From Anaeromyxobacteraceae bacterium (GTDB taxonomy: Bacteria > Myxococcota > Myxococcia > Myxococcales > Anaeromyxobacteraceae): DNA of 64,000 nucleotides. The notes beneath the pieces were generated by a model. It had not been told where the DNA came from. It worked only from the letters and a program-made list of their open reading frames with translations, and made no database searches. Positions 49,885 to 59,534 of this stretch are shown here, piece after piece; position 1 is the first letter of the stretch, and every line of letters begins with the position of its first letter. Where the stretch lies: assembly GCA_032654565.1 (NCBI GenBank), contig JAULAX010000015.1, forward strand, positions 1,088,001 to 1,152,000. The letters are read 5' to 3'. Both the position numbers and the translations under genes were made by a program.

Positions 49885-50454
49885 ATGCCGCCGCCGCGAA
49901 AGACGAGCTGGGACAAGCTCTTCCAGGCTGCCGAGGAGCAGGCCGGGCTGTTCACCGCCGAGCAGGCCCAGAAGGCCGGCCTCTACCGCCAGCTCCTGCG
50001 GCGCTACTTGGAGCACGGCCGGGTTCGCCGCCTCCGGCGCGGCATCTACCGCATCGTCCACTTTCCGACGATGGAGCACGAGGCGCTGGCGGAGTTCTGG
50101 CTCTGGACGGGCCGGGCGGGCGTGTTCTCGCACGAGACGGCGCTGTCGCTCCACGACCTCTCGGACGTCCTACCGCGGAGGGTCCACGCGACGGTTCCGC
50201 CCAGCTGGGCGAGCCGGAGGCTCCGCGTCCCGACGGGCCTCGTCCTGCACCACGCCGCGGTGCCCAGGACCGACCGGGCGTGGGTCGGGCCGGTGCCGGT
50301 GACGACTCCGGACCGGACGCTGGCGGACTGCGTGCGCGACCACGTCGCTCCGGACCTCGTCGAGCAGGCCATCGCCCAGGCCGAGGCTCGCGGGCTCATT
50401 CCCGCAGCGAGGGCCGCTGAACTGCGACGATCGGGACCCCGAGGAGGGGCATGA
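49885..50454 (+). CDS. abiEi: type IV TA antitoxin AbiEi
   Basis: QAGLFT, RRGIYR, SHETALSLHDL, VTTPDRTLAD. Confidence 0.88.
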   Translation: MPPPRKTSWDKLFQAAEEQAGLFTAEQAQKAGLYRQLLRRYLEHGRVRRLRRGIYRIVHFPTMEHEALAEFWLWTGRAGVFSHETALSLHDLSDVLPRRVHATVPPSWASRRLRVPTGLVLHHAAVPRTDRAWVGPVPVTTPDRTLADCVRDHVAPDLVEQAIAQAEARGLIPAARAAELRRSGPRGGA

Positions 50455-51353
50455 AACCTCGTCGATACGCGACGGCGCCGGCCTTCAAGGCCGCGCTCGA
50501 CCAGAGGCTGCGAATGGTGGCCTCCGCTGGCGCCGACATCACCCGGCGCCGCCAGCTGCTCGTGTTCGACCGCTACCTGGCGCGGCTCGCCAGAGTGCTC
50601 GGCGACGCGGCGACGCTCAAGGGCGGCCTGGTCCTCGAGGTGCGGCTCGACCGGGCGCGGACGACTCGCGACATCGACCTTCGCCTGGTCGGGACGCCGG
50701 CCGGCCTGCTCGAGCGCCTCCAGGAGGCCGGGCGCCTGGACCTTTCGGACTTCATGAACTTCGAGGTCCGCGTCGATGCCCGCCACCCTGACATCGCTGG
50801 GCCTGGCGTGCAGTACGAGGGCCAGCGCTTCCGCGCCGAGTGCAAGCTCGCGGGCATGCTCTATGGCCAGGCCTTCGGCGTGGACGTGGCCTTCGGCGAC
50901 CCGATGCTGGGCGAGCCGGAGGTGGTGCGAGGGGAGGACCTGCTCGCCTTCGCCGGCATCGAGCCGGCCGTCATGCGCCTGTACCCGGTGGAGACGCACC
51001 TCGCCGAAAAGCTGCACGCCTACACGCTGCCGCGACCGACGCCCTCGACGCGCGTGAAGGACCTGCCGGACCTGGCGTTGCTGGGACAGGCCGGCGACCG
51101 GGAGGCCTCCCGGATTCGGGCCGCCATCCAGCAGACCTTCGCCTACCGGCGGACGCATGACGTTCCGAGCCGCCTTCCAGAGCCGCCAGCGGCCTGGGAG
51201 GAGGCGTACGCCGCGATGGCCGACGAGGACTCACTGCCATGGCGGACCTTGGCGGCGGTCACGAAGGCGGCTCGCGCCTTCGTCGACCCGGTGCTCGAAG
51301 GAGAGGGCGAGGCACGCTGGAGCCCGGTGGACTGGGTGTGGCGGAGACCTTGA
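50451..51353 (+). CDS. abiEii: type IV TA nucleotidyltransferase toxin AbiEii
   Basis: LKGG, RTTRDIDL, AEKLHA, RVKDLPDL. Confidence 0.9.
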   Translation: MKPRRYATAPAFKAALDQRLRMVASAGADITRRRQLLVFDRYLARLARVLGDAATLKGGLVLEVRLDRARTTRDIDLRLVGTPAGLLERLQEAGRLDLSDFMNFEVRVDARHPDIAGPGVQYEGQRFRAECKLAGMLYGQAFGVDVAFGDPMLGEPEVVRGEDLLAFAGIEPAVMRLYPVETHLAEKLHAYTLPRPTPSTRVKDLPDLALLGQAGDREASRIRAAIQQTFAYRRTHDVPSRLPEPPAAWEEAYAAMADEDSLPWRTLAAVTKAARAFVDPVLEGEGEARWSPVDWVWRRP

Positions 51354-51496
51354 CGGGAGACGACCGCGAGACAGCGCTGGAGCTCACTCGCGCCCGTCGC
51401 GGTCGAGTGGAAGCCCCAACAAGCCGAAGCATCGACCTTGCTGGGCTCGGCGCTTCGCCTGCCTCCGCGGTCTCGGCGTTCGGCGCCCCGCGCTCC

Positions 51497-54400
51497 TCAC
51501 CCTCCGTCGAGCATCCGCCTGAGCCGCCCGATCGCCGAGCGGGCCAGGCCCGGTTCGCTCCGCGGCCCCGGGATCTCGCAGCGCCGCAGCCCATCGACGT
51601 AGGCGTCGGAGTGGGCCTCCGGATCCGCGAGCAGCCGCGCCGGCCCGACACCCTCTCGGTCGAGCCAGGCGAAGAACCGGCCCACCGCCCTGGGGTAGCT
51701 CCGGACGGTGCCGCGCTGGCGCACCGCGCCGCGCCGGTGGTCGGCCTCGAGCTGCCGCTCGAAGCGGTCGAGCAGCGCGGCGTAGCCGGCCTCGGCCAGG
51801 CCGGCGGACGAGGAGGGGTCACCGCCCGGGCGCGCCCCGTTCACGGGCCCGGCGTCGGGCCCCCAGCCCGCCACCTCCTCCGCGGCCCGCGGATCGGGCG
51901 CGCTGGTCTCCTCGAGATCGGCGGCGGTGGCCTCCACGGCCGAGGGGAATCCCGGGGCCCCGGCCGCGCCCGACTCGCCGGCCCGGACCAGCGCCATGAG
52001 CTCGTCGGCCGAGAGCGCCCCGGCGGCGGCCATGCCATCCAGCACTCCGGCCACCAGCGCCCGCTTGCGGCCGTGCAGCCCGAGGATGGCCTCCTCGATG
52101 GTCCCCTGCGCCACCAGCCGGTAGACGGTCACCGGCCGGCGCTGGCCGATGCGGTGGGCCCGGTCGGAGGCCTGATCCTCCACGGCGGGGTTCCACCAGG
52201 GGTCCAGGTGGACGACGTAGTCCGCGGCGGTGAGGTTGAGGCCGGTCCCACCGGCCTTGAGCGAGATGAGGAAGAGCTGCCCCTCGCCGGCCTGGAACCG
52301 CTGGACCAGCTCGTCCCGCTGGCGGGCCGGGGTCTGGCCGTCCAGGTAGAGGTGGCTGTGGCCGGCGGCGTCGAGCGCATGGCGGACCAGGGCGAGGTGG
52401 GAGGTGAACTGGCTGAAGACCAGGGTCCGGTGGCCGCCCTGGCAGAGCCCGCCGACCAGGTCCATGAAGCGGGCCAGCTTGGCGGATTCGAGCCGGCTCC
52501 CGGGCTCGTGGAGCCGCGGGTGGCAGGCCAGCTGCCGGAGCTGGGTGATGGCGGCCAGGACCTGGAAGCGGCGCTGCTCCGGCCGGACCCGCTCGCCGAG
52601 GCCTGTCAGCCTGGCCACCGCCGCCAGCCGGGCCTGCTCGTAGTTGGCCCGCTCCTCCGGCGGCAGGACGATGGGCAGCGTGATGTCCTCCCGGATCGGC
52701 AGCTCCGGCGCCACCTCCGACTTGGTGCGGCGCAGCAGGAAGGGCCGGAGCGTGGCGGCCAGCGCGCGGCGCCGCCCGTCGTCCTGGTCCCGCTCGATAG
52801 GCAGCGCGAAGCGGGCCCGGTAGAGCTCCCAGCTGCCGAGCAGCCCCGGGAAGACGATCCGGTAGAGGCTCCAGAGCTCGCCAAGGTGGTTCTCCACCGG
52901 CGTGCCGGAGAGCGCCACCCGGAAGGTGGCCTGCAGCTCGCGCGCGGCCCTGGCGCGCCGGGTGGCGGCGTTCTTGACGGCCTGCGCCTCGTCGAGGACC
53001 AGCGTCGCGAAGCGCAGCGCCTTGAGCCGGTCCAGGTCGAGCGCCAGCAGCCCGTAGCTCGCCACCAGGACGTCGCCGGGCCCCAGTGTCGCCAGCGCCT
53101 CGGCCCGCTCCGAGTCGCGGAAGAGCGTCACCCGGAGCGAAGGGGCGAACCGGCGCGCCTCGGCCGCCCAGTTGGCGCAGACCGAGGTGGGCGCCACCAC
53201 CAGCGCCGGCCCCTCGGCCGCGCGATGGCACAGCAGCGCCAGCGCCTGCAGTGTCTTGCCGAGACCCATGTCGTCGGCCAGCACACCGCCGGCGCCCCAG
53301 GCCGCCAGCCGGACCAGCCAGCGGAAGCCCTCCACCTGGTAGGGGCGGAGCTTGCCCTTGAAGGCGGCCGGGACCCTGGGGTTGCGGCGCGAGGCCGCTC
53401 GCATCTGCTCGCGCAGGGTGGCGAAGGCGCCGTGGGCGTCGAGCGTGGCGCCGTCGCGGGCCAGGTCGTCCAGGAGCCCGAGCGCCGAGGGGCCGACCTC
53501 CAGGTCGCGGCCGGAGTGGACACTGAGCTGGGCCAGCGGAGCCAGCCGCTCGGCCAGCTCCGCCGAGATGGCGAGCCAGGCGCCGCCCTCCAGCCGGACC
53601 ACGCTGCGCCGCTCGCGGAGCGCCTCGAGCAGGAGCGCCAGCTGGACCCGCTCGCCGTCCACCTCCACGTGGCCGTCCAGGCCGAACCAGTCGCCGCGAT
53701 CCCGCACGGCGACCCGCAGCCCCTGCACGCCGGAGGTGCGGACCAGCCGCGGCGCAGGGCCGGTCCACTCCACCGTCACCTCCTCGCGGCTGAGCCGCCG
53801 GAGCGCCTCGAGGACCGCCAGGGCGCGGCCGTCATCCGGGACGCTCACCCGGAAGCCCGGGTGCTCCGCGGCGCCCTCGAGGGGCAGTCCGCTCAGCAGG
53901 GCCCGGGCGGCGTCGGTCTCCTGCTCGGGCGCGCGCCGGCAGCTCCTCCGGCCGGCCGGCGTCGAAGCCACCAGCCGCGGCGGTCCCTCGCCCGGCGGGT
54001 AGGCCGGCGCCTCGGGCAAGGGCTGGGCCAGCACCTGGAGCGAGAGGCCGACCTCGCGCAGCGCCAGGCGCACCACCAGACCCGCGCCCGGCGGGACCTC
54101 CTCGCCGGCCAGGGCGGGGTCGAGTTCCAGCGGGACCAGCGCCTGGAGCGCCCCCAGCCGCTCCAGGAGCGCGCTCTCGGCCTGCGGCGGGAAGCGCTGG
54201 CCGCGCCGCTCCAGCGCGGCGGCGATCGTCGCCAGCACCTCCGGCGCCTCCGGCCGGATCACCAGGACCCGCCGCCGCTCCTCGTCTACCCAGGTGAAGG
54301 TCTGATCGACCCCGAGCCCTTCGAGGCAACGCCGGAGCTGGGGGAGCGGCACGGGGGAGCCGCCGGCGACGGCCGTCACCTCCAGGCCACCCTCGGGCGC

Positions 54401-55573
54401 CGGGCGGACGCTCAGCGCCACGCCGGCCCGCTCCACCGTGAGCGGCGGCCCCTCGCCGTTCGAAGGGAACACCCGCGGGTGGCCGACCAGCGCCTCGACC
54501 GCCCGGCCGCCGACGCCGAGGCCGCTGCCGCCGTAGGAGAATGCGTAGAAGGTGCGCGTGTTGAGGCCGAGCTGCCGCAGCACCGCCTGGTCCTCCGCGG
54601 CCAGACCTCCCTCGGCCCGCTCCAGCTCGCGCGCGGTGAGCCGCCTGGGTGCGCCGTGGCTGCCGTCCTTGCGGCGCTGCTCCCGGTACGGCACCACGTG
54701 CACGTTGCCCACTCGCCAGTCTGCGACCCGGAAGGAGAGGCGCAGCGCCGGCACCCCGCCAGCTGGCGGCGACCGGGGCGGCGCGATGGCGCCGAGCTCG
54801 GCGAGCGCCCGCTGCCAGTCGGACAGCTCGACTTCGCGCGCCAGCGCCGTCCAGAGCGGCCCGGGCTCGGGGCGGCCCAGCTGCTCGAGCGCCACGTCGA
54901 GGGCGGCCAGCGCGTGGGCGCAGGGGCGGCGCGCCTGGCAGGTGCAACTCGGCGGCGGGAGCGGCGCCTCGAGCGCCCCCGCCACGGGGAGGACCACCGA
55001 AGGATCGCCAATGGCCTGGCTGGCGGTGCGCTGGCGCCGGCGCTCAAAGTAGTGCAGCCGTCTGGCGCCAGGCTCGACGATCAGCGCGTGGCTCGGGAGC
55101 CGGTCGAGCGCTCGGGGCGCCACCTGCCGGCGGAGCTCGGCCCGGAGCGCCGCGAGCCGCCGCGCCAGGATCGCCAGGGTCGGATCGGTCGGGCCGGGCC
55201 GCGGCTCGGCGTCCGCCTCGGCGCGGATCCCCTCTGCGACCGCCGCCACCTCGCCCGCCAGGAAGGACCAGGCTGCGATGCGCAGCGGGCCGGCGCCATC
55301 GTGGCGCAGCAGGCCGACCACCGGAGCCAGCAGCTCGCCGATGGTGAGGCTGGTGCGGATCCAGGTGGGGCAGCCACCCGCCGCCTCCCGGGTGGCGCCG
55401 CTGGCGGAGCCGCCCACCACCGCGAGCTGATCGAGGACGCCGCGCGACTCGGCCCAGGCCGCCAGCCGCTGTTCGTCGAGGCGGGTCGCGGCCCGCCGCA
55501 AGTCGGCGCAGCAGGCGCCGAAAGGCAGGCCGCTGTCGCACGGGCAGGTCGGCGGGGCGGTGGGAGCGGACAT
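51497..55573 (-). CDS. SNF2-family helicase with N-terminal SEC-C motif and SWIM finger, plus an extra C-terminal domain
   Basis: CPCDSGLPFGACC; CTC...CAH; LADDMGLGKT, DEAQ, SGTPVEN, WWNPAVEDQASDRAHRIGQ. Confidence 0.9.
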   Translation of the reverse strand: MSAPTAPPTCPCDSGLPFGACCADLRRAATRLDEQRLAAWAESRGVLDQLAVVGGSASGATREAAGGCPTWIRTSLTIGELLAPVVGLLRHDGAGPLRIAAWSFLAGEVAAVAEGIRAEADAEPRPGPTDPTLAILARRLAALRAELRRQVAPRALDRLPSHALIVEPGARRLHYFERRRQRTASQAIGDPSVVLPVAGALEAPLPPPSCTCQARRPCAHALAALDVALEQLGRPEPGPLWTALAREVELSDWQRALAELGAIAPPRSPPAGGVPALRLSFRVADWRVGNVHVVPYREQRRKDGSHGAPRRLTARELERAEGGLAAEDQAVLRQLGLNTRTFYAFSYGGSGLGVGGRAVEALVGHPRVFPSNGEGPPLTVERAGVALSVRPAPEGGLEVTAVAGGSPVPLPQLRRCLEGLGVDQTFTWVDEERRRVLVIRPEAPEVLATIAAALERRGQRFPPQAESALLERLGALQALVPLELDPALAGEEVPPGAGLVVRLALREVGLSLQVLAQPLPEAPAYPPGEGPPRLVASTPAGRRSCRRAPEQETDAARALLSGLPLEGAAEHPGFRVSVPDDGRALAVLEALRRLSREEVTVEWTGPAPRLVRTSGVQGLRVAVRDRGDWFGLDGHVEVDGERVQLALLLEALRERRSVVRLEGGAWLAISAELAERLAPLAQLSVHSGRDLEVGPSALGLLDDLARDGATLDAHGAFATLREQMRAASRRNPRVPAAFKGKLRPYQVEGFRWLVRLAAWGAGGVLADDMGLGKTLQALALLCHRAAEGPALVVAPTSVCANWAAEARRFAPSLRVTLFRDSERAEALATLGPGDVLVASYGLLALDLDRLKALRFATLVLDEAQAVKNAATRRARAARELQATFRVALSGTPVENHLGELWSLYRIVFPGLLGSWELYRARFALPIERDQDDGRRRALAATLRPFLLRRTKSEVAPELPIREDITLPIVLPPEERANYEQARLAAVARLTGLGERVRPEQRRFQVLAAITQLRQLACHPRLHEPGSRLESAKLARFMDLVGGLCQGGHRTLVFSQFTSHLALVRHALDAAGHSHLYLDGQTPARQRDELVQRFQAGEGQLFLISLKAGGTGLNLTAADYVVHLDPWWNPAVEDQASDRAHRIGQRRPVTVYRLVAQGTIEEAILGLHGRKRALVAGVLDGMAAAGALSADELMALVRAGESGAAGAPGFPSAVEATAADLEETSAPDPRAAEEVAGWGPDAGPVNGARPGGDPSSSAGLAEAGYAALLDRFERQLEADHRRGAVRQRGTVRSYPRAVGRFFAWLDREGVGPARLLADPEAHSDAYVDGLRRCEIPGPRSEPGLARSAIGRLRRMLDGG

Positions 55574-55579
55574 GCGCGG

Positions 55580-55601
55580 AGGATAGCCGGGAGGGGTGAC
55601 G
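55580..55601 (-). promoter_or_regulatory. RecA-NDp/PafBC-like promoter
   Basis: CGTCAC-N10-TATCCT, 6 nt before ATG 55573. Confidence 0.5.
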
Positions 55602-55720
55602 GGACCGCGGTCGGATCACGCCACCGGCGCCCAGCTCGCCGAGTCGCCATCGCCGAAGCTGGCGGACGAACCGGAAGCGAGGGTGCTGCCGGCCGGTGGC
55701 GTCGAAAACGGTGAGACAGC

Positions 55721-56596
55721 TTACCGCTTCGGGGCCGGGCCATGTGAGGCCAAGGAGCCCCGCCTGGCAGCGCCCCGCCGGCCCGCCTTCCCGGCTCGCG
55801 GGGTGGTCCTCGGGGAGGCCGGCCTGGCCTGCGACGCCGGGGAAGGGCGCCGCGCGCCCTTCCGCTTCGGGGCCGCGTCCGCCTCGAGCTCGATTCCGAA
55901 GATGTCCTCGAGCCGACCCGGCGCCAGGCGCTTTGGGTTGGTCTTGGCCGCGGCGCCCTGGCCCACGCTGCCAGCCTCTGCGATGAGGTCGGCGCCGTCC
56001 ACGCCGCGCAGCGTGAAGAGCAGCTCCGGGGCGTGGTCGAGCCTCGCTCCCACGCCGTAGACCACGGCCGCCACGTGCTTGCAGACCCATTCGCCGTCGG
56101 GGCAGGAGCAGCGCAGCGCCATCTCCCCCTTGGCCGGGAAGAGCCCCTTCTCGCGGTGGCTCAAGACCTCCATGACCGCCGAGGAGAACCGGCCGGAGAG
56201 CAGCTCGACCAGCGTGCCGATCTGTCCGCCGCAGTGTCGGCGCACGGCCTTCCAGCGTGGTCCGGGGAGCGGCGCGATCTCGATGACCACTTCGTAGAGA
56301 TCGGTGCCTGAGACCAGTGCCCGCACCTGGCCCTTCGTGACCTCGAGGTCGACCACCAGACCATTCCTGACGTAGGACCGGCCGCGCTCCAGGCGGTTCA
56401 CCAGAGCGGCGTGGCCCTCCACGTACTCGCACCAGGCCTTGCCCCAGAACGTCGTTGCGATGGTTCGCCCATCGATCATGACTGGGCTCGGCTTCTTCCC
56501 TTTCCGGGCCAGGGTCTTCAGGCGTTGCTGCGCCCGCGCCCGGCGCGTTGCCACCGAGACGTACTCTGGAAAGCCGTAGTAGTCGCCGTATCCCAT
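55721..56596 (-). CDS. SWIM zinc-finger protein (SNF2 partner)
   Basis: WGKAWC, NRLERGRSYVRNG, CSCPD...CKH. Confidence 0.9.
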   Translation of the reverse strand: MGYGDYYGFPEYVSVATRRARAQQRLKTLARKGKKPSPVMIDGRTIATTFWGKAWCEYVEGHAALVNRLERGRSYVRNGLVVDLEVTKGQVRALVSGTDLYEVVIEIAPLPGPRWKAVRRHCGGQIGTLVELLSGRFSSAVMEVLSHREKGLFPAKGEMALRCSCPDGEWVCKHVAAVVYGVGARLDHAPELLFTLRGVDGADLIAEAGSVGQGAAAKTNPKRLAPGRLEDIFGIELEADAAPKRKGARRPSPASQARPASPRTTPRAGKAGRRGAARRGSLASHGPAPKR

Positions 56597-56607
56597 CGGG
56601 TGCTCCT

Positions 56608-59355
56608 TCAAGGGTCCTGGGCGGAGCTGTGGAGGTCGAGCGCCACCAGCCGGAGCAGCTCCCGGTCGTCGAGCTCGGTGAGCTTGACCTCCTCGCCGCC
56701 CTGCAGCAGCTCGCGTGAGAGCGTGCGCTTGTCCTCGAGCATCGCGTCGATCCGCTCCTCCACCGTGCCACGGCAGACCAGGGCGTGCACCAGCACATTC
56801 CGCTTCTGGCCGATGCGGAAGGCGCGGTCGGTGGCCTGGTTCTCCACCGCAGGGTTCCACCAGCGATCGAAGTGGATGACGTGCGAGGCCGCCGTGAGGT
56901 TGAGACCAGTGCCCCCGGCCTTGAGGGAGAGGACGAAGAACGGGACCTCCTCGTCCTCCTGGAAGCGCCGCACCAGCTCGCCGCGAGCCTTCACGCTGGT
57001 GGCGCCAGAGAGCACCAGTCCCGGCCGGCCGAAGCACTCGCCCAGATAGTGCGCCAGCGGCTCGGTCATCTCGCGAAACTGGGTGAAGACCAGCACCTTC
57101 TCCTGGCGGGAGGCCACCACCTCGGCGATCTCGGCGAGACGGGTGAACTTGCCGCTTTCGGCCGGCGCATAGCTGCCGTCGCCGAGCCACTGGGACGGGT
57201 GGTTGCAGATCTGCTTGAGCCGCATGAGGTAGGCGAGGACCAGGCCGCGCCGCTTCATCCGGTCGGCTGGGGATACGTCGCGGACCTCTCTCGCAAGCGC
57301 CTCGACCGACTCGGCGTAGAGCGCGGCCTGGCGCTTGCCGAGGGAGCAGTAGGCCTTGACCTCGGTCTTCTCCGGGAGGTCGGAGATGACGGTGCGGTCG
57401 GTCTTGAGGCGCCGCAGGATGTAGGGGCGGACCAGCTCCCGGAGTGCCCCGTAGGGCGAGGCCGTGGGCCGGCCCGATTCCGCGGCCCCCGGGTCGCCCG
57501 GCGCCGGACCGGCAGCTCGCTTCAGGAACGCGCCAAACTCCTTGGAGGAGCCGAGCAGCCCCGGGTTAACGAAGTCGAAGATGGACCAGAGATCGCCGGC
57601 GCGGTTCTCCACCGGCGTTCCAGTGAGGGCGAACCGAACCTTGGACTTGAGCGCCTTCACCGCGCGCGTCTGCCGCGCGCCAGGACTCTTGATGGCCTGG
57701 GCCTCATCGAGCACCACCAGGCCGAAGCTGGTGGCGGCGAGCCACGGGAACCGGTGCGCCGCGCCGTAGCTCACGACCACGAGGTCGTACTGGGCGAGCG
57801 AACCGGCCTCGAGCGCCGCCAGCTCCTCCCGGGAGGCGACCGACCCGTGGGCCACCAGGATGCGCAGCGAAGGCGCGAAGCGCGCGGCCTCGGCCTTCCA
57901 GTTGGCGAGCAAGGAGGCGGGTACGACGAGGAGGTGCGGTCCAGGGATGGCCGGATTGCGCTTGAGCAGCAGCAGCAGGGCCAGGATCTGGATGGTCTTG
58001 CCGAGCCCCATGTCGTCGGCGAGGCAGCCTCCGAGTCCGAGGCGGGTGAGGAGCCAGAGCCAGCGCACGCCGTCCCGCTGGTAGGGGCGGAGTCCGGCAT
58101 GGAGCGCGCTGCCTGGGTCGGCCGCCGCGGCGCCGGCCGGTCCCCGAAGCTCGGTGAGGGTCTGGGTGAGCCAGGCGCCTGCCTGGACCCCGACCCATTC
58201 GCGGTCGGCGAGGTCCAGGGCGGACCCTCCGGCCACGTCGGCGCCGGCCAGGAGGCGCATGGCTTCCATGAAGGAGAGGCCGTCGCTCGCGCTCCGCTGC
58301 GCCGCCTTCCAGCGCCGGAGGAGCTCCTCGAGCCGCTCCCGGTCCACCTCGACCCAGCGCCCTTTCAGGAGGACGAGGCCATCCGGGCCGGTCTGCAGGG
58401 CGCGCAGCTCGGCCTCGGTGAGCTTCTCGCCGCCCAAGGTCAGGTCGACGTTGAAGTCGAGGATCGCGTCGAGGCCGAGGCCGGCCGGGGCGCTGCGCCC
58501 CACCGAGACGCTCACCTGGGGTCGTGGAGGTCGCCGGCCACTCCACCAGTCGGGGACGCGGACGATGACGCCGCTCTCCTCGAGTGATGGGACCTCGCGG
58601 AGGAACCGCAGCGCCTCGGCCGGGGACCACGCCTGCGGCTGGAAGAGCCTTCCCGAGTCGGCCAGGGCCTTCACCAGCGCGCTCCGCTCGGAGGCCCGCT
58701 GGACCGGTACGAGGAGCGAGAGGAGCCGCTTGCGGTCGGCCGCCGAGGAGGCCGCGCGCACGGCGTCGCCCAGCGGGCGGTGCTGCGGCTTGCCGCTCGC
58801 GGCGAGGCCGGTGGTGTAGGTGGCCAGAAAGGCGAAGGGCCGGTCCGGATCGCGCTTGTTCTCGGCGAGGTGCAGGTGGACCCGGCCCACCACGCTCCAG
58901 GACGGATCGCGGGCCGCCAGCCAGTCCTGCACCGGGTCGCGGGTCGAGGTGATCTCCGAGCGCCAGGCCGCGAAGAGGTCGTTCCAGAGCGACAGCAGCA
59001 CCGCCTCGGAGAGGTACTCGCCGCCCGGGAGCGGAGGGGCTGTGGCCGCACGCCGGGCGAGCTCACCCTCCCGAGGCGCGACCTCGGCGCGATCCCGCTC
59101 CTCCTCCAGGCCAGGGTGGGCGCACAGGGTCCCCACGAAGTCGCGGGCGAAGTCGCGCCAGAAGGCGAAGACCGGGGGGAGCGCCGTGCGAGTCTCGGTC
59201 GTGCCGAGGTGCAGCAGCCCGGCGCCATGACCTGGGTCGAAGGCTCGCTCGAGGCGACGCCCCGTGGCCGGGTCCAGCTCCGGCTCGTGCGGCTCCGCCG
59301 AGCGGAGGCGGAGGTGGCCGGCTGGCGTGAGGACGAGGGTCAGGGCGGTGGGCAT
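56608..59355 (-). CDS. SNF2-family helicase (HelZ-like)
   Basis: LADDMGLGKT, DEAQ, TGTPVEN, WWNPAVENQATDRAFRIGQ. Confidence 0.92.
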   Translation of the reverse strand: MPTALTLVLTPAGHLRLRSAEPHEPELDPATGRRLERAFDPGHGAGLLHLGTTETRTALPPVFAFWRDFARDFVGTLCAHPGLEEERDRAEVAPREGELARRAATAPPLPGGEYLSEAVLLSLWNDLFAAWRSEITSTRDPVQDWLAARDPSWSVVGRVHLHLAENKRDPDRPFAFLATYTTGLAASGKPQHRPLGDAVRAASSAADRKRLLSLLVPVQRASERSALVKALADSGRLFQPQAWSPAEALRFLREVPSLEESGVIVRVPDWWSGRRPPRPQVSVSVGRSAPAGLGLDAILDFNVDLTLGGEKLTEAELRALQTGPDGLVLLKGRWVEVDRERLEELLRRWKAAQRSASDGLSFMEAMRLLAGADVAGGSALDLADREWVGVQAGAWLTQTLTELRGPAGAAAADPGSALHAGLRPYQRDGVRWLWLLTRLGLGGCLADDMGLGKTIQILALLLLLKRNPAIPGPHLLVVPASLLANWKAEAARFAPSLRILVAHGSVASREELAALEAGSLAQYDLVVVSYGAAHRFPWLAATSFGLVVLDEAQAIKSPGARQTRAVKALKSKVRFALTGTPVENRAGDLWSIFDFVNPGLLGSSKEFGAFLKRAAGPAPGDPGAAESGRPTASPYGALRELVRPYILRRLKTDRTVISDLPEKTEVKAYCSLGKRQAALYAESVEALAREVRDVSPADRMKRRGLVLAYLMRLKQICNHPSQWLGDGSYAPAESGKFTRLAEIAEVVASRQEKVLVFTQFREMTEPLAHYLGECFGRPGLVLSGATSVKARGELVRRFQEDEEVPFFVLSLKAGGTGLNLTAASHVIHFDRWWNPAVENQATDRAFRIGQKRNVLVHALVCRGTVEERIDAMLEDKRTLSRELLQGGEEVKLTELDDRELLRLVALDLHSSAQDP

Positions 59356-59366
59356 GGGAGCGGCAG

Positions 59367-59388
59367 AGGATAGCGGCTGGGTCGGACG
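59367..59388 (-). promoter_or_regulatory. RecA-NDp/PafBC-like promoter
   Basis: CGTCCG-N10-TATCCT, 11 nt before ATG 59355. Confidence 0.5.
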
Positions 59389-59534
59389 GCCGGCGGGGGG
59401 CGAGAGGGCCCACATCAGTTCCTCGGCGTGTTCGACGCCGGTCAGTGAACTCGCCCGAACGCTCGCCAGGGCCCGCCCTTTCGGCTGGACGTCAGGGGTC
59501 GGCTCGGGTAGGCGGTGAGGGAGGTTGGCCGACC

